A DNA stretch of 64,000 bases from an uncultured Planctomycetia bacterium (GCA_964642015.1 CAZXLF010000002.1:95678-159677), one strand, 5' to 3'; positions 18,306 through 27,685 are shown, counted from the first letter of the stretch. Notes: generated from the letters alone by a model not told the origin. Numbers and translations are program-made.

Positions 18306-19529
18306 TTGAAGATCCTTCTCATTAACCAGACGTTTTATCCTGACTCAGTTTCGACGAGCCAGCATTTAACCGATCTCGCCGAATGCTTTGTTTCACAGGG
18401 CCACAGCGTCACCGTTATCGCAGGGAGTCATGGCTATGATGATCCTTCGCAGCGTTATCCAAAATTTGAAGAATATCATGGAATCAAGATCTTTCGTCTA
18501 TCCTATACTTGTCTGGGGAAATCTTCCCGCTGGAGAAGGGCTGTTGATTTCTTATCGTTCAATTTGTCTTTATTGATCAAGCTCATATTTGTGCCGTCTC
18601 AGGATATTGTCGTGGGGCTCACATCGCCTCCGCTTGTTGCGGTCTTTGGGAATTTATTTTGCCGTATAAAAGGCGGCTGCTTTGTGTATTGGGTGATGGA
18701 TCTGAATCCGGACGAAGCGATTGCGGCAGGATGGCTCAAAGAACGTTCTTTGTCCGCGAGATTTTTGAAGAGTTTATCGCGTTGGACCTTTCGTCACAGC
18801 AGATTGATCATCGCGCTTGACCGATTTATGAAAAAAAATATTCAGGACAGATACGGGGCCAATGAGGAAAAAATAACCGTGATGCCTCCGTGGGCTCATG
18901 ATGAACATATTCATCCTGTAACGCACGAGAAAAATCCTTTCAGGCATGAACAGGAATTGGGTGATAAATTTGTCGTGATGTATTCGGGGAATCACAGCCC
19001 ATGCCATCCTCTAAAAACTTTATTGGAAAGCAGCGGTTACTATGATCGATTTGATCAGAATGTGCTTTTTTATTTTATCGGCGGAGGAAGCCGTGTTAAA
19101 GAGGTCACGGAATATAAGGAAAGCTGGCAGTTAAAAAACATTGTCCAAATGGGTTATCAGCCCTTGAACACGCTTTCGTTTTCTTTATCCGCGGCTGACG
19201 TGCATGTAGTGGTTATGGGAGAGCCGTTTGTCGGCATAGTTCACCCTTGCAAGTTGTACGGAGTTCTTTCAACGGGAAGGCCGTTCATATTCATCGGGCC
19301 AAAACGCAGCGCCATTGGTGATATTATAAAGGAATCAGGTTTGGGAATTCAGGTTGATCACGGCAATATCGATGATCTTATAAAAGCCATCGAGATGATC
19401 AGGCGCTTGACGGCGATCGAAAAAGAAAACATTCAGGACAAGAGCATAACACTAAAAAATCAACACTTTGGCCACGAATATTTATGCAAAAAACTGGCCC
19501 AAACGATTACGGGTGCATATGGAGCATAG
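18306..19529 (+). CDS. glycosyltransferase family 4 (WcaI-like)
   Basis: N-terminal KILLINQTFYPDSVSTSQHLTDLAECF typical of WcaI-type GT4; start uncertain (TTG 18306 just after upstream stop, or TTG 18213 as in ORF track). Confidence 0.6.
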   Translation: MKILLINQTFYPDSVSTSQHLTDLAECFVSQGHSVTVIAGSHGYDDPSQRYPKFEEYHGIKIFRLSYTCLGKSSRWRRAVDFLSFNLSLLIKLIFVPSQDIVVGLTSPPLVAVFGNLFCRIKGGCFVYWVMDLNPDEAIAAGWLKERSLSARFLKSLSRWTFRHSRLIIALDRFMKKNIQDRYGANEEKITVMPPWAHDEHIHPVTHEKNPFRHEQELGDKFVVMYSGNHSPCHPLKTLLESSGYYDRFDQNVLFYFIGGGSRVKEVTEYKESWQLKNIVQMGYQPLNTLSFSLSAADVHVVVMGEPFVGIVHPCKLYGVLSTGRPFIFIGPKRSAIGDIIKESGLGIQVDHGNIDDLIKAIEMIRRLTAIEKENIQDKSITLKNQHFGHEYLCKKLAQTITGAYGA

Positions 19530-19578
19530 CGAAATGATCAAAAATAAGGTAATATTCTTAATATAATGATAGGTGTCT

Positions 19579-20748
19579 ATGTATATTAGCGAGTATAAAC
19601 TTCTTTTATTGTACGGCGCCGTATTTGCGGTTGCCATTCTATGCAGTTTTGTCCTCTCGGGGATTTTTATAAACCTTTCAAAAAAATATAATTTTATTGA
19701 TTATCCCACCGAAAGAAAAGCGCATCTGAAACCTACGCCTTTACTAGGCGGCGTATCGATATTCTGTTCATTTTGGATCGTGGTGTTGCTGGGAGTTTTA
19801 TCCGCTCAATTTCCGGGTCGCGAGCTTTTAGCTTCATCGTCAGCGCAAAGACTGATCGCCGGAGTCGTTTCCATGTCCAGTAAGATCTTGGGGATATTTG
19901 CCGGCAGTATTGTGATATTGATCGTCGGTCTCATCGATGATCGATTAGATCTCATGCCAATTAAAAAATTTTTTGGCCAATTTCTTGCGGCGCTGATCTT
20001 AATGAAATTAGGCCTGACGATCAGCCTTTTCTATGAATTGGGTATTCTAGGGTACGTCGTGACATTTATTTGGATACTTCTGATCATCAATTCCTTCAAT
20101 TTTATTGATTCATTGGACGGACATTGCGCCGGTGTTGCGCTGATTTCGTCCATCATGTTCTTCTGGATCACACAGATCATCAACCAGCCGATGGTCGGGT
20201 TTTTTCTCATTACTTTTATCGGCGTTTTGATCGGTTTTATGCCGCATAATTTTAAACCGGCCAAAATATTTCTGGGGGACAATGGCAGTTTATTTTTGGG
20301 TTATATGATGGCCTCATTCACGTTGCTCTGCAAGTATCAAGGGCCGCGTTTTTCGCCCGTTACTTTTTTTATCCCGGTATTGATATTTGCGGTGCCTATC
20401 TATGACACTTTATCTGTTGTGGTGGTTCGTACGATCCGCGGCATTCCGTTCTGGACGGGAGACCGTAATCATTTTGCTCATCGACTGGTTAAATTGGGCA
20501 TGAGCGAGCGGGTTGCGGTGATATTTTCATATTTTGTCGAATTGACGATCGGATTGATCGCCTTACTGACGACTCAGGTGACTTATTTTGGCGCCATCCT
20601 GATCGGTTTTGTCGCAGCGTGCATCATCGGCGTGATTGCTTTTCTTGAATATTATGCTTCGCGCAGGATCCGGTTGACCGAACAGCTGGCTACATTGCAT
20701 AGACGTCGGAAAGAAGATATTCAGAAAGAAGAGGAGAAGAAATACTGA
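19579..20748 (+). CDS. MraY/WecA-family polyprenyl-phosphate sugar-1-phosphate transferase (initiating glycosyltransferase)
   Basis: ~390 aa, 10-11 TM; DDRLDL and NSFNFIDSLDG motifs of the MraY/WecA/WbpL superfamily; ATG 19579 with AGGTG RBS. Confidence 0.8.
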   Translation: MYISEYKLLLLYGAVFAVAILCSFVLSGIFINLSKKYNFIDYPTERKAHLKPTPLLGGVSIFCSFWIVVLLGVLSAQFPGRELLASSSAQRLIAGVVSMSSKILGIFAGSIVILIVGLIDDRLDLMPIKKFFGQFLAALILMKLGLTISLFYELGILGYVVTFIWILLIINSFNFIDSLDGHCAGVALISSIMFFWITQIINQPMVGFFLITFIGVLIGFMPHNFKPAKIFLGDNGSLFLGYMMASFTLLCKYQGPRFSPVTFFIPVLIFAVPIYDTLSVVVVRTIRGIPFWTGDRNHFAHRLVKLGMSERVAVIFSYFVELTIGLIALLTTQVTYFGAILIGFVAACIIGVIAFLEYYASRRIRLTEQLATLHRRRKEDIQKEEEKKY

Positions 20749-21092
20749 TGAATTACGAAAAAAAACCTTGGGGCAATTATTTAGTGCTTCATAAAGAAGA
20801 AGGTATCCAAGTCAAACGCATTGAAATAAATCCGGGATGCCGGCTTAGTTTGCAGACGCATTCACGGAGGTCTGAGAAATGGACCATCGTTTCAGGCACT
20901 GGCACGGTCACTTTGGGGAATAAGGAATATCCCGTATCCAAAGGTTCTTATATTGATGTGGCGGTGGGAGAACCTCACCGGATTCATAATACCGGCAAAG
21001 ATCTTTTAGTGTTCATTGAGATCCAGTTTGGAGATTATTTGGGTGAGGATGATATCATCCGGTTGCAGGATGATTTCGGCAGGATCTCTTGA
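20748..21092 (+). CDS. cupin-domain protein (mannose-6-phosphate isomerase type II C-terminal-like)
   Basis: 114 aa; KPWGNYLVL ... H-x-H ... EPHRIHN two-motif cupin signature; RBS GAGGAG upstream. Confidence 0.6.
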   Translation: MNYEKKPWGNYLVLHKEEGIQVKRIEINPGCRLSLQTHSRRSEKWTIVSGTGTVTLGNKEYPVSKGSYIDVAVGEPHRIHNTGKDLLVFIEIQFGDYLGEDDIIRLQDDFGRIS

Positions 21093-21095
21093 TTG

Positions 21096-21665
21096 ATGAA
21101 AAAAGGATCATGGTTTTTTCTGGGGTTCGGAGCCGTTATTTTTGTGACGGCTATTTTTTTATATAACAGGCATTTAGAAAAACCGCGAACAACCCAACCC
21201 GTAGCGTTTCTCAACGCGCACTGGGGTATGAACCGCAGACAAGTCGAACGGGCCAATCAGAAAAGACTTCATCCGGTCGCCAGCCAGAGGAAATTTTACA
21301 ACGTAAAACCGGGTGTTAAAGAACGCTCAAGATACCAGGCGTTGGAAGAATCTTCTTCTCGGCAGGTACTCGGATATGACGCGACGATCACTTATCTATT
21401 TTTTGACGGCAAACTTTTTGCTTATTATGTTTTTATTCAGGACCGGGACACCGTCCTGGACCAGGACATGAGAAAATATCTGATAGACCAGTTCGGCGGA
21501 AATTATGCTACCTCTGAAGAAGCGCAATCGCCCAAGATGGTTTGGAGCCGGAAAGACGTTTTTGTAAATTACTGGTTCTTTCAAGATGAACTTAGCCTCA
21601 GCGGCAAGTACACGGCCGGTTACGGCGTTGTTTACCGGCCCCTGGAAGAAGCTGCCCGCAGTTAA
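21096..21665 (+). CDS. hypothetical membrane-anchored protein
   Basis: N-terminal hydrophobic helix WFFLGFGAVIFVTAIFLY; no recognisable domain. Confidence 0.4.
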   Translation: MKKGSWFFLGFGAVIFVTAIFLYNRHLEKPRTTQPVAFLNAHWGMNRRQVERANQKRLHPVASQRKFYNVKPGVKERSRYQALEESSSRQVLGYDATITYLFFDGKLFAYYVFIQDRDTVLDQDMRKYLIDQFGGNYATSEEAQSPKMVWSRKDVFVNYWFFQDELSLSGKYTAGYGVVYRPLEEAARS

Positions 21666-21724
21666 AAGCCCTACCTCCTCGTTCTCCGCAACCCTTCTCA
21701 AAAATTAACAACCTTAGTTTTTTA

Positions 21725-21752
21725 TTGACAAAATAGGTCTATGTGATACAAT
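21725..21752 (+). promoter_or_regulatory. sigma70-like promoter: TTGACA (21725-21730) - 16 nt - TGaTACAAT (extended -10, 21744-21752)
   Basis: near-consensus hexamers read directly in the 175-nt intergenic region upstream of the MerR-like/ExeA/secretin gene array. Confidence 0.45.
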
Positions 21753-21846
21753 TCTTAGACCTATAGCACTTACAGTACTTACTGGAAGTGCTTTATTTTT
21801 CTAGAGATGATTTACAATAAGCCAAACGCTGGAAGGGTAATTGCTT

Positions 21847-22095
21847 ATGTCCGAAAAGAGTAATCATCTGGTGACCGCAAAAGACATTTCCAAGAAGTAC
21901 AAAGTTCCTTATCCCACCATTAATCATTATACTGATCTGGGTTTCTTGCCGATCATCAAACGTGAAGGCAACAAGCGAATGTATGACGACAAACAGGTCC
22001 GCAACCGCCTGAGCATTATTTCAAAAATGATGAATGAAGGTTATCCGCTTCGGTTGATACGCCGAAAGATCGTCACCAAAGAGGGAGGAGTATGA
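21847..22095 (+). CDS. MerR-family HTH DNA-binding protein (short, no effector domain)
   Basis: 83 aa; VTAKDISKKYKVPYPTINHYTDLGFL ... NKRMYDDKQVRNRLSIISKMMNEGYPL matches MerR N-terminal HTH pattern. Confidence 0.55.
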   Translation: MSEKSNHLVTAKDISKKYKVPYPTINHYTDLGFLPIIKREGNKRMYDDKQVRNRLSIISKMMNEGYPLRLIRRKIVTKEGGV

Positions 22096-22096
22096 G

Positions 22097-22975
22097 ATGA
22101 GCTATTATCGCGTGCTCGGGTTTCAAAAGGAACCGTTTTCTACCAGCCCTGATCCTGAATTCTTTTATTCCTCCCGCGAACACGAGCGGGCACTGACTAA
22201 CGTGCTGATTGAGTTAAGGCTGAAGCGCGGTCTCAGTGTCGTATTAGGCGATGTCGGCACCGGCAAAACAACACTTTCCAGAAAATTGATACAAGATCTT
22301 AAAAATCGTGAGGATTGTCTTTTTCATATCATGCTGGATCCTACCTTTGAAAATAATGTGCTTTTCATACAGTCGCTGGTGAGGAATTTCGGCATGCTTC
22401 CTGAGGCCAACGGAAATGCGCCGATACCTTCAATGACCGATCTGCGTGAACGCTTGGAGCGGTTTTTATTCCAGAAAGGTGTTGTTGAAAATAAAACCGT
22501 GATCCTGATCATCGATGAAGCCCAGAAACTCAGCGAAACCTCTTTAGAGGCATTGAGGGTTTTATTGAATTATGAAACCAATCAATTCAAATTGCTTCAA
22601 CTTGTCTTGCTGGGTCAGATCGAACTTTTATCGACGCTTAAAAGCATCTCTAATTTTCTAGACCGCATCAGTTTTAAGACGCTTTTAAATCCGTTGGATT
22701 ACGCGGAAATGAAAGAGATGATTTATTTTCGCATAGGCCAAGCGGGATATAACTCCAGGATGGATCTTTTTCTGGAAGAGGCGTTGAAAGAGATCTACCA
22801 TTATACGAATGGTTATCCCCGGAAAGTTACTATGCTTTGTCACCGCGCTCTCAAAGAAATGTTAATGCGGAATAAACCGATCGTGGATCGCAGCATTATT
22901 GAGTCCCTGATACAAGATGAGGTGCATGCCGGATGGCAGATGACAGACAGGTTACTCCAGAAAAACAGCTATTAA
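22097..22975 (+). CDS. ExeA/GspA-like AAA+ ATPase (secretion-system associated)
   Basis: LGFQKEPFSTSPDPEFFYSSREHERAL N-terminus and GDVGTGKTTL Walker A, IIDEAQ Walker B - classic ExeA family; strong GGAGG RBS. Confidence 0.75.
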   Translation: MSYYRVLGFQKEPFSTSPDPEFFYSSREHERALTNVLIELRLKRGLSVVLGDVGTGKTTLSRKLIQDLKNREDCLFHIMLDPTFENNVLFIQSLVRNFGMLPEANGNAPIPSMTDLRERLERFLFQKGVVENKTVILIIDEAQKLSETSLEALRVLLNYETNQFKLLQLVLLGQIELLSTLKSISNFLDRISFKTLLNPLDYAEMKEMIYFRIGQAGYNSRMDLFLEEALKEIYHYTNGYPRKVTMLCHRALKEMLMRNKPIVDRSIIESLIQDEVHAGWQMTDRLLQKNSY

Positions 22976-23610
22976 ACCTGATCGAAGGTTCTGAGCAGGG
23001 CGCTTCGGGGCCTTTAGAAAAAGCGCGTATGAAGCGCAGCGCTCTTAGCGCGCTTTCTTTTGGTTCGATCTTCGGACGTTTTGCGTTTTTCAAACGGACG
23101 ACCCAAAAGAAGATCAGCAGTTCAAAGAAATTTTCGATCAGTTTCACAATTGTTAACCGACTGTTGTTCTTAGCGGTGGTCATTTTATTGGCTTATGTGG
23201 TCAGCGATTCGATCGCGTCCGCATTAAACCTGACGCATTTGCCAAATTTAGTGCCTCCAAGAGAAAAGGGAGCGTCGAATCTTGACAATAAAGCTTCCCC
23301 GCTGAAAGAAGAGAGCTATTATCTGCAGAAAGTGAATTCTCGGGATATATTCAAAGAATATAAGGAAGCCGAAACCAAGCAGGAAAAAAAAGAGGTGAGA
23401 CCTGTTGAAGAAAGCGATGCGGTTAAGAACTTATCATTGGTCGGTATTTCTTGGTCCGCTGATCCCGATGTGATCATTGAAGACAAGTCGGCGCAAAGAA
23501 CTTATTTTGTGAAGCGTGGACAGATCGTGGGTAATAATGTGAAAGTGGAGGCTGTATTTAAGGATAAGGTCGTGTTGAGTTATGAAGGGCAGGAGTTTGA
23601 GTTGAGATGA
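22933..23610 (+). CDS. PilP/GspC-like secretin-associated protein (TM anchor + C-terminal beta domain)
   Basis: TM helix LLFLAVVILLAYVV; C-terminal LSLVGISWSADPDVIIEDKSAQRTYFVKRGQIVGNNVKVEAVFKDKVVLSYEGQEFEL resembles PilP/GspC HR domain; start uncertain (overlaps ExeA 3' end). Confidence 0.4.
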   Translation: MADDRQVTPEKQLLNLIEGSEQGASGPLEKARMKRSALSALSFGSIFGRFAFFKRTTQKKISSSKKFSISFTIVNRLLFLAVVILLAYVVSDSIASALNLTHLPNLVPPREKGASNLDNKASPLKEESYYLQKVNSRDIFKEYKEAETKQEKKEVRPVEESDAVKNLSLVGISWSADPDVIIEDKSAQRTYFVKRGQIVGNNVKVEAVFKDKVVLSYEGQEFELR

Positions 23611-25562
23611 TCAAAAATAGAGGTTTCAAAATAGCAACCTTTATCATAATTGCCTTGATGGTTTTGGACCATTCCTTGGTATCCGCCAAAGACGACAAGA
23701 TTGTCATTCCACCGTCGACAACAGACTCTGCCGCACAGAAGAGTCCCGCGAGTGACGAAGGCAATGCCTCCTCCGCCCTCACCTCCAAAGAGGATGTTAA
23801 GGAAGACGTTAAATCTTCTGATAATAATTCAGTCAATAATTCGGTGAGTTCCGCAAATCCGAACGTTACCGCTTCTCAAGACAGCGATAATTCTACTTCC
23901 CCTGAGCCACAAGGTCATTTCACCAGCTTATCAAGCACCACCACGCCTCCTGCTCCATCACAGGAAATACAAGCAGGGAGCCAAGGTTTAGACGAGAAAG
24001 TTTCACTTGATTTACGGAACATCGAAGTCTCGGATGCAATACGTTTTATTGCGCAAAAAGGAGGCCTAAATTTAGCGGTTTCGAAAAATGTTTCAGGCCG
24101 TGTTCAGCTTCTTTTAAATAATGTTCCGGTAAGAGATATTCTGGATATTATCCTGATCACGAATCAACTCGCTTACGAAAAAAGAGGCGACATTTATTAC
24201 ATTATGACGGAAGCGGAGTATAAGGAGAGGTTTGGAAGAAAATTTTCTGACACAAGAAAAATCAAAGTGTTTCGTCTGAAGTATGCGATACCCGATCAGG
24301 CGTTCGCGCTTTTTGAAGTTCTGAAAAGTGAAATAGGGCGCCTTCTTGTAGACCCGGAGTCTGGCACAGTGCTTGTGATGGATTCGCAGGAAAATATCGA
24401 TCGCATGCAAATGGCGCTCGATGGACTCGAGCAAAAAAGAAATATCAAAGTTTACTCATTGAAATATGCGAAAGCCCTTGATATTGAGACCCGGCTCAAA
24501 GCCCAGCTTGATAGTAAAAAGGTCGGATTGATAAGCGCCGATGAGCGTACCAACCAGGTGATTGTAGAAACGCTATCTACGAGAATGGAAGACATTGATA
24601 TGCTGATCGAATCTCTTGATAAAAAGACCAAGGAGGTCTTGATAGAGTCCAAGATCGTCAAGGTTACGTTCAACAATAATTTTGACGCCGAGATCAAGTG
24701 GGATGGGATGGTTTCAAAACTTGCTAAATATGGAACTCAATTCATCGGCAATCATCCTTATGATGCATTGTTCAGAACGGGACAAAGTTTCATCGATAAC
24801 AACAACTACGTCAAGATAACGCCTACAGCTACACCGTCAGCCGGCGCGATGAGTGTGGCAACCAGCAATCTTTTTCTTGGCACGATCACTCCGGGAGGAG
24901 ACGCCTTTGAAACCATGATCAATTTTTTAAAAACAATAGGCGATACTAAAGTTTTATCTACTCCCAGACTTGCTGTCATAAACAATCAGGAGGCTAAGAT
25001 CCACGTGGGCGCAAAAGAAGCTTATGTGACCACGACCACAACTACGGGTCAGACTACGACAACGACCGCTGAAGCCGTTACCTTCGTGGATGTTGGTATA
25101 CAGCTTGCTGTTACTCCAACGATCAATGATGATGGCTTTGTGACAATGAAGATCAAACCTGAGATTTCAAGTGTAGTTGATACGCTTGTCACGCCTAGCG
25201 GCAACAAGATCCCAATTATTGATAGTTCATTGGCCGAAACATCGGTCATGGTTAAAGATGGTGTATCGATTTTGATCGGTGGCTTAAGAAGAGAAGATGT
25301 TGTTGAGACAAAGCAAAGCGTCCCATTTTTAGGTGATCTGCCGATCATTGGAAAACCGTTCACTTCCTCTTCTTCCCAGAAAACGCGCTCAGAGCTATTG
25401 ATTTTGATTACCCCGCACATCATTTACGGTGATGATTTTGTCACTGGAAGCAAAAAGGCCGTGGATAAACCCTATATGAGTTATTCGGATTACGAGTCCG
25501 TAAATCCGATCAATGTCCATAAAGCGCCCGCTGTAAAAGCAACACCTGTGGTGCATACATGA
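23607..25562 (+). CDS. secretin (GspD/PilQ family outer-membrane channel)
   Basis: C-terminal secretin domain VLSTPRLAVINNQEAKIHVG ... VMVKDGVSILIGGL ... SVPFLGDLPIIGKPF ... ELLILITPHII; N-terminal signal peptide; unusual long S/T/N-rich low-complexity N-region and poly-Thr insert. Confidence 0.85.
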   Translation: MIKNRGFKIATFIIIALMVLDHSLVSAKDDKIVIPPSTTDSAAQKSPASDEGNASSALTSKEDVKEDVKSSDNNSVNNSVSSANPNVTASQDSDNSTSPEPQGHFTSLSSTTTPPAPSQEIQAGSQGLDEKVSLDLRNIEVSDAIRFIAQKGGLNLAVSKNVSGRVQLLLNNVPVRDILDIILITNQLAYEKRGDIYYIMTEAEYKERFGRKFSDTRKIKVFRLKYAIPDQAFALFEVLKSEIGRLLVDPESGTVLVMDSQENIDRMQMALDGLEQKRNIKVYSLKYAKALDIETRLKAQLDSKKVGLISADERTNQVIVETLSTRMEDIDMLIESLDKKTKEVLIESKIVKVTFNNNFDAEIKWDGMVSKLAKYGTQFIGNHPYDALFRTGQSFIDNNNYVKITPTATPSAGAMSVATSNLFLGTITPGGDAFETMINFLKTIGDTKVLSTPRLAVINNQEAKIHVGAKEAYVTTTTTTGQTTTTTAEAVTFVDVGIQLAVTPTINDDGFVTMKIKPEISSVVDTLVTPSGNKIPIIDSSLAETSVMVKDGVSILIGGLRREDVVETKQSVPFLGDLPIIGKPFTSSSSQKTRSELLILITPHIIYGDDFVTGSKKAVDKPYMSYSDYESVNPINVHKAPAVKATPVVHT

Positions 25563-26659
25563 TACCGCCTATTTTTGCCAACGTTTTGCAGAAGATAAAA
25601 TGGCGGATGCTGTTGCCTATTGTTTTTTTTGTGATAATCATGCCAACCGTGTCTTTGGTCGGGGCTAATTTTTATAGTCGGTCGAGGGAAAAAAACCTTA
25701 ATTTAAAATATCGTCAGCTTGTAAATAAATACAATAATGTTGCAAAGGTTTATTTAGCTCTTAAAAAGAAATACGAAGATCTGCAGCTTGATAGGGACAA
25801 TGTGCTGAATCAGACAAAAAATCTTCTTTCAGAAAAATCCAAATTTGACGAGATAAAACAAAATGCGGAAGATCTCGAGAAAGCCAACGGAATTTTGACT
25901 ACTCAAAAAGATAAGCTTCACCAGGAGAGCGAGAAGCTTCGTGCGGAACGTCAAATGTTAGCCGAAAATTATAATCGTTTGAAAAAAGAATATGACGAGG
26001 ACATTAATAAGCAAGCTGCGCTGATGACGGAAAATGAAAATTTAAGAGCTGCCTTCCAAAAACAAGTGGAGAGCAGTCCTCAGTATCAGAAAGTGGATGC
26101 GGAAAATAAAGCTCTGAAAACTGATAACCAGACTCTGAAAGATACGATCAAGCGCCTTACGGATAGGCTGAATAAGGCCAATGATCGTATCAAGAAGATC
26201 AACGGCAGAGATTTGAAATTTGGTAAACAGATCGAAGGATACAAAAAGAATCTGAACCATCTGCTTCAGGAAAAGGCGCAGCTCGAGGAAACCAATAAAG
26301 CAATGAATAAGGCGGTCGAGGAGGCGCCGGACAAATTCAGGGATATGGCCGAAGAAAACAAGAGGCTGCTCAGGGAAACGGCAGAAATGCATTATAACTT
26401 AGGAGTTTTTTATACGGAAAATAAGAACTATACGTTAGCTGTTAAGGAATTCCAAAGGGCTTTAGATTTTAATCCGAATAACGCGAAGGTGCACTACAAT
26501 CTGGGGTATTTGCTTTCTGAAGAATTTGATAGGCATGAGGAGGCGATGGCTCATTTCAAGCGCTATTTGGAAATAAACCCGAATTCTAAAGAATCTGATG
26601 AGGTCAGAAATTATATGCTGGTTAGACAGGCTTACGGCGACAAAATCGGTAAGAATTGA
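25559..26659 (+). CDS. coiled-coil protein with C-terminal TPR repeats (pilus/secretion accessory candidate)
   Basis: N-terminal TM; ~250 aa heptad-rich K/E/L/Q sequence; C-terminal YNLGVFY.../AKVHYNLGYLL TPR-like repeats; ATGA overlap with secretin. Confidence 0.55.
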   Translation: MIPPIFANVLQKIKWRMLLPIVFFVIIMPTVSLVGANFYSRSREKNLNLKYRQLVNKYNNVAKVYLALKKKYEDLQLDRDNVLNQTKNLLSEKSKFDEIKQNAEDLEKANGILTTQKDKLHQESEKLRAERQMLAENYNRLKKEYDEDINKQAALMTENENLRAAFQKQVESSPQYQKVDAENKALKTDNQTLKDTIKRLTDRLNKANDRIKKINGRDLKFGKQIEGYKKNLNHLLQEKAQLEETNKAMNKAVEEAPDKFRDMAEENKRLLRETAEMHYNLGVFYTENKNYTLAVKEFQRALDFNPNNAKVHYNLGYLLSEEFDRHEEAMAHFKRYLEINPNSKESDEVRNYMLVRQAYGDKIGKN

Positions 26660-26665
26660 GTTTCC

Positions 26666-26694
26666 TTGCAATCACGCATCGAATGAGGTATCTT
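26666..26694 (+). promoter_or_regulatory. candidate promoter TTGCAA - 17 nt - TATCTT
   Basis: read in the AT-rich 105-nt gap upstream of 26765 CDS; same unusual -10 (TATCTT) as candidate promoter at 27494. Confidence 0.3.
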
Positions 26695-26764
26695 ATTTAA
26701 AAGAATAATAAGTTTTATTAATAACCGTTTATCATATTTAACACATTTATAAGATGGAGGCCGT

Positions 26765-27439
26765 ATGAAAAAGTTCTTTTGGGTGATCGTCCTTGTCGGT
26801 TTTTCTATGATGTCGACGGCCCATGCTGATGAGAAAGTCTTAAGTACGGTAACAGCTCCGTCAGCCAAAAAAGATCCGGCCGCTGATGCCAAGCGAGAAG
26901 AAATGATAAAAATGATCGAGAAAAAGAAAGTGGATCTTAACGGTACAGAGTGGAAGGTGACTCTGACACCCGCGGATCACAAGGAAAAAGCAGAAGAAGA
27001 TGTGCTTACTTTTCAGAATGGACAAGTTGTGTCAAAGAACTTTTTAGAACGTGGTTTTACGGCCACTAATTATACGATATCTATTCCGGAAGGTAGTGAC
27101 ATAGGTGTTTGGGAAACGATGCAAACGAGTTCTAATTCGAAAGAGGGTGTCATATTTATTCGCGGTGAATGGAAGGATGACCAAATGCGAGGCATAGTTA
27201 GTCAGCAAGTAGAAGGCGGCAAATCAAGCAAGGATTATAATTTTAAGACAACTTCTAAAGCAAAGGTTTCGCCCTCGACAACCAAGTCTGAAGATAAGAA
27301 AACTGAGACTGGGCAGAGTAACGCTGCAGAAGGAGATGTTCAAGAGGACACCCAAAAGACAGCCGCTTCTACAAATGCGCTAGTCAGTTTAGAGTCATCT
27401 TCGGATGCAAAGAAACCGTCCAAAAATACTCATAAATAG
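26765..27439 (+). CDS. secreted hypothetical protein (signal peptide; ~110-aa domain shared with C-terminus of 27774..28994 product)
   Basis: N-terminal signal peptide FFWVIVLVGFSMMSTAHA; GGAGG RBS; internal paralogy to downstream gene. Confidence 0.5.
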   Translation: MKKFFWVIVLVGFSMMSTAHADEKVLSTVTAPSAKKDPAADAKREEMIKMIEKKKVDLNGTEWKVTLTPADHKEKAEEDVLTFQNGQVVSKNFLERGFTATNYTISIPEGSDIGVWETMQTSSNSKEGVIFIRGEWKDDQMRGIVSQQVEGGKSSKDYNFKTTSKAKVSPSTTKSEDKKTETGQSNAAEGDVQEDTQKTAASTNALVSLESSSDAKKPSKNTHK

Positions 27440-27493
27440 TTAAATAATTCATAATATATTGATTTTATTATACTTATGATTTAAATAGGTCTA

Positions 27494-27522
27494 TTGACAA
27501 AGGAGTAAATATCAGGTATCTT
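27494..27522 (+). promoter_or_regulatory. candidate promoter TTGACA (27494-27499) - 17 nt - TATCTT (27517-27522)
   Basis: consensus -35 with correct spacing; preceded by AAATAGGTCTAT motif also found in promoter at 21.7 kb. Confidence 0.4.
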
Positions 27523-27528
27523 TGAATA

Positions 27529-27685
27529 GGATATTTGAATCTTTGATAGATTTGTTTAATCAGTCGAAAAGAGCAAACCTAAGGAAACTTAGGGACGCAA
27601 AGCCGTGCGTCCGCCGAAGATTTTGGCGGATTGGCAGGTTGCCGCGAAAATTGATCCAGGCACGGTTGGTTGCCTGGTTTTTTTT
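27529..27685 (+). ncRNA. candidate small structured RNA / attenuator leader (promoter-to-terminator unit, ~155 nt)
   Basis: series of perfect hairpins: CCTAAG-gaaa-CTTAGG (27577-27594), GGACGCA-aagcc-GTGCGTCC (27594-27613), CCGCC-n9-GGCGG (27610-27630), ending in terminator hairpin + U8. Confidence 0.3.
27656..27685 (+). terminator. rho-independent terminator: CCAGGCA-cggttggt-TGCCTGG followed by T8
   Basis: 7-bp GC-rich perfect stem and 8-T run read directly at 27656-27685. Confidence 0.5.

Noticed and set aside
19530-19578. TATAAT hexamer at 19562-19567 as promoter for the MraY/WecA-family gene
   Set aside because: It is only 11 nt upstream of the ATG, so the RBS (AGGTG, 19571-19575) would be excluded from the transcript, and there is no acceptable -35. 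Likely chance AT-rich sequence.
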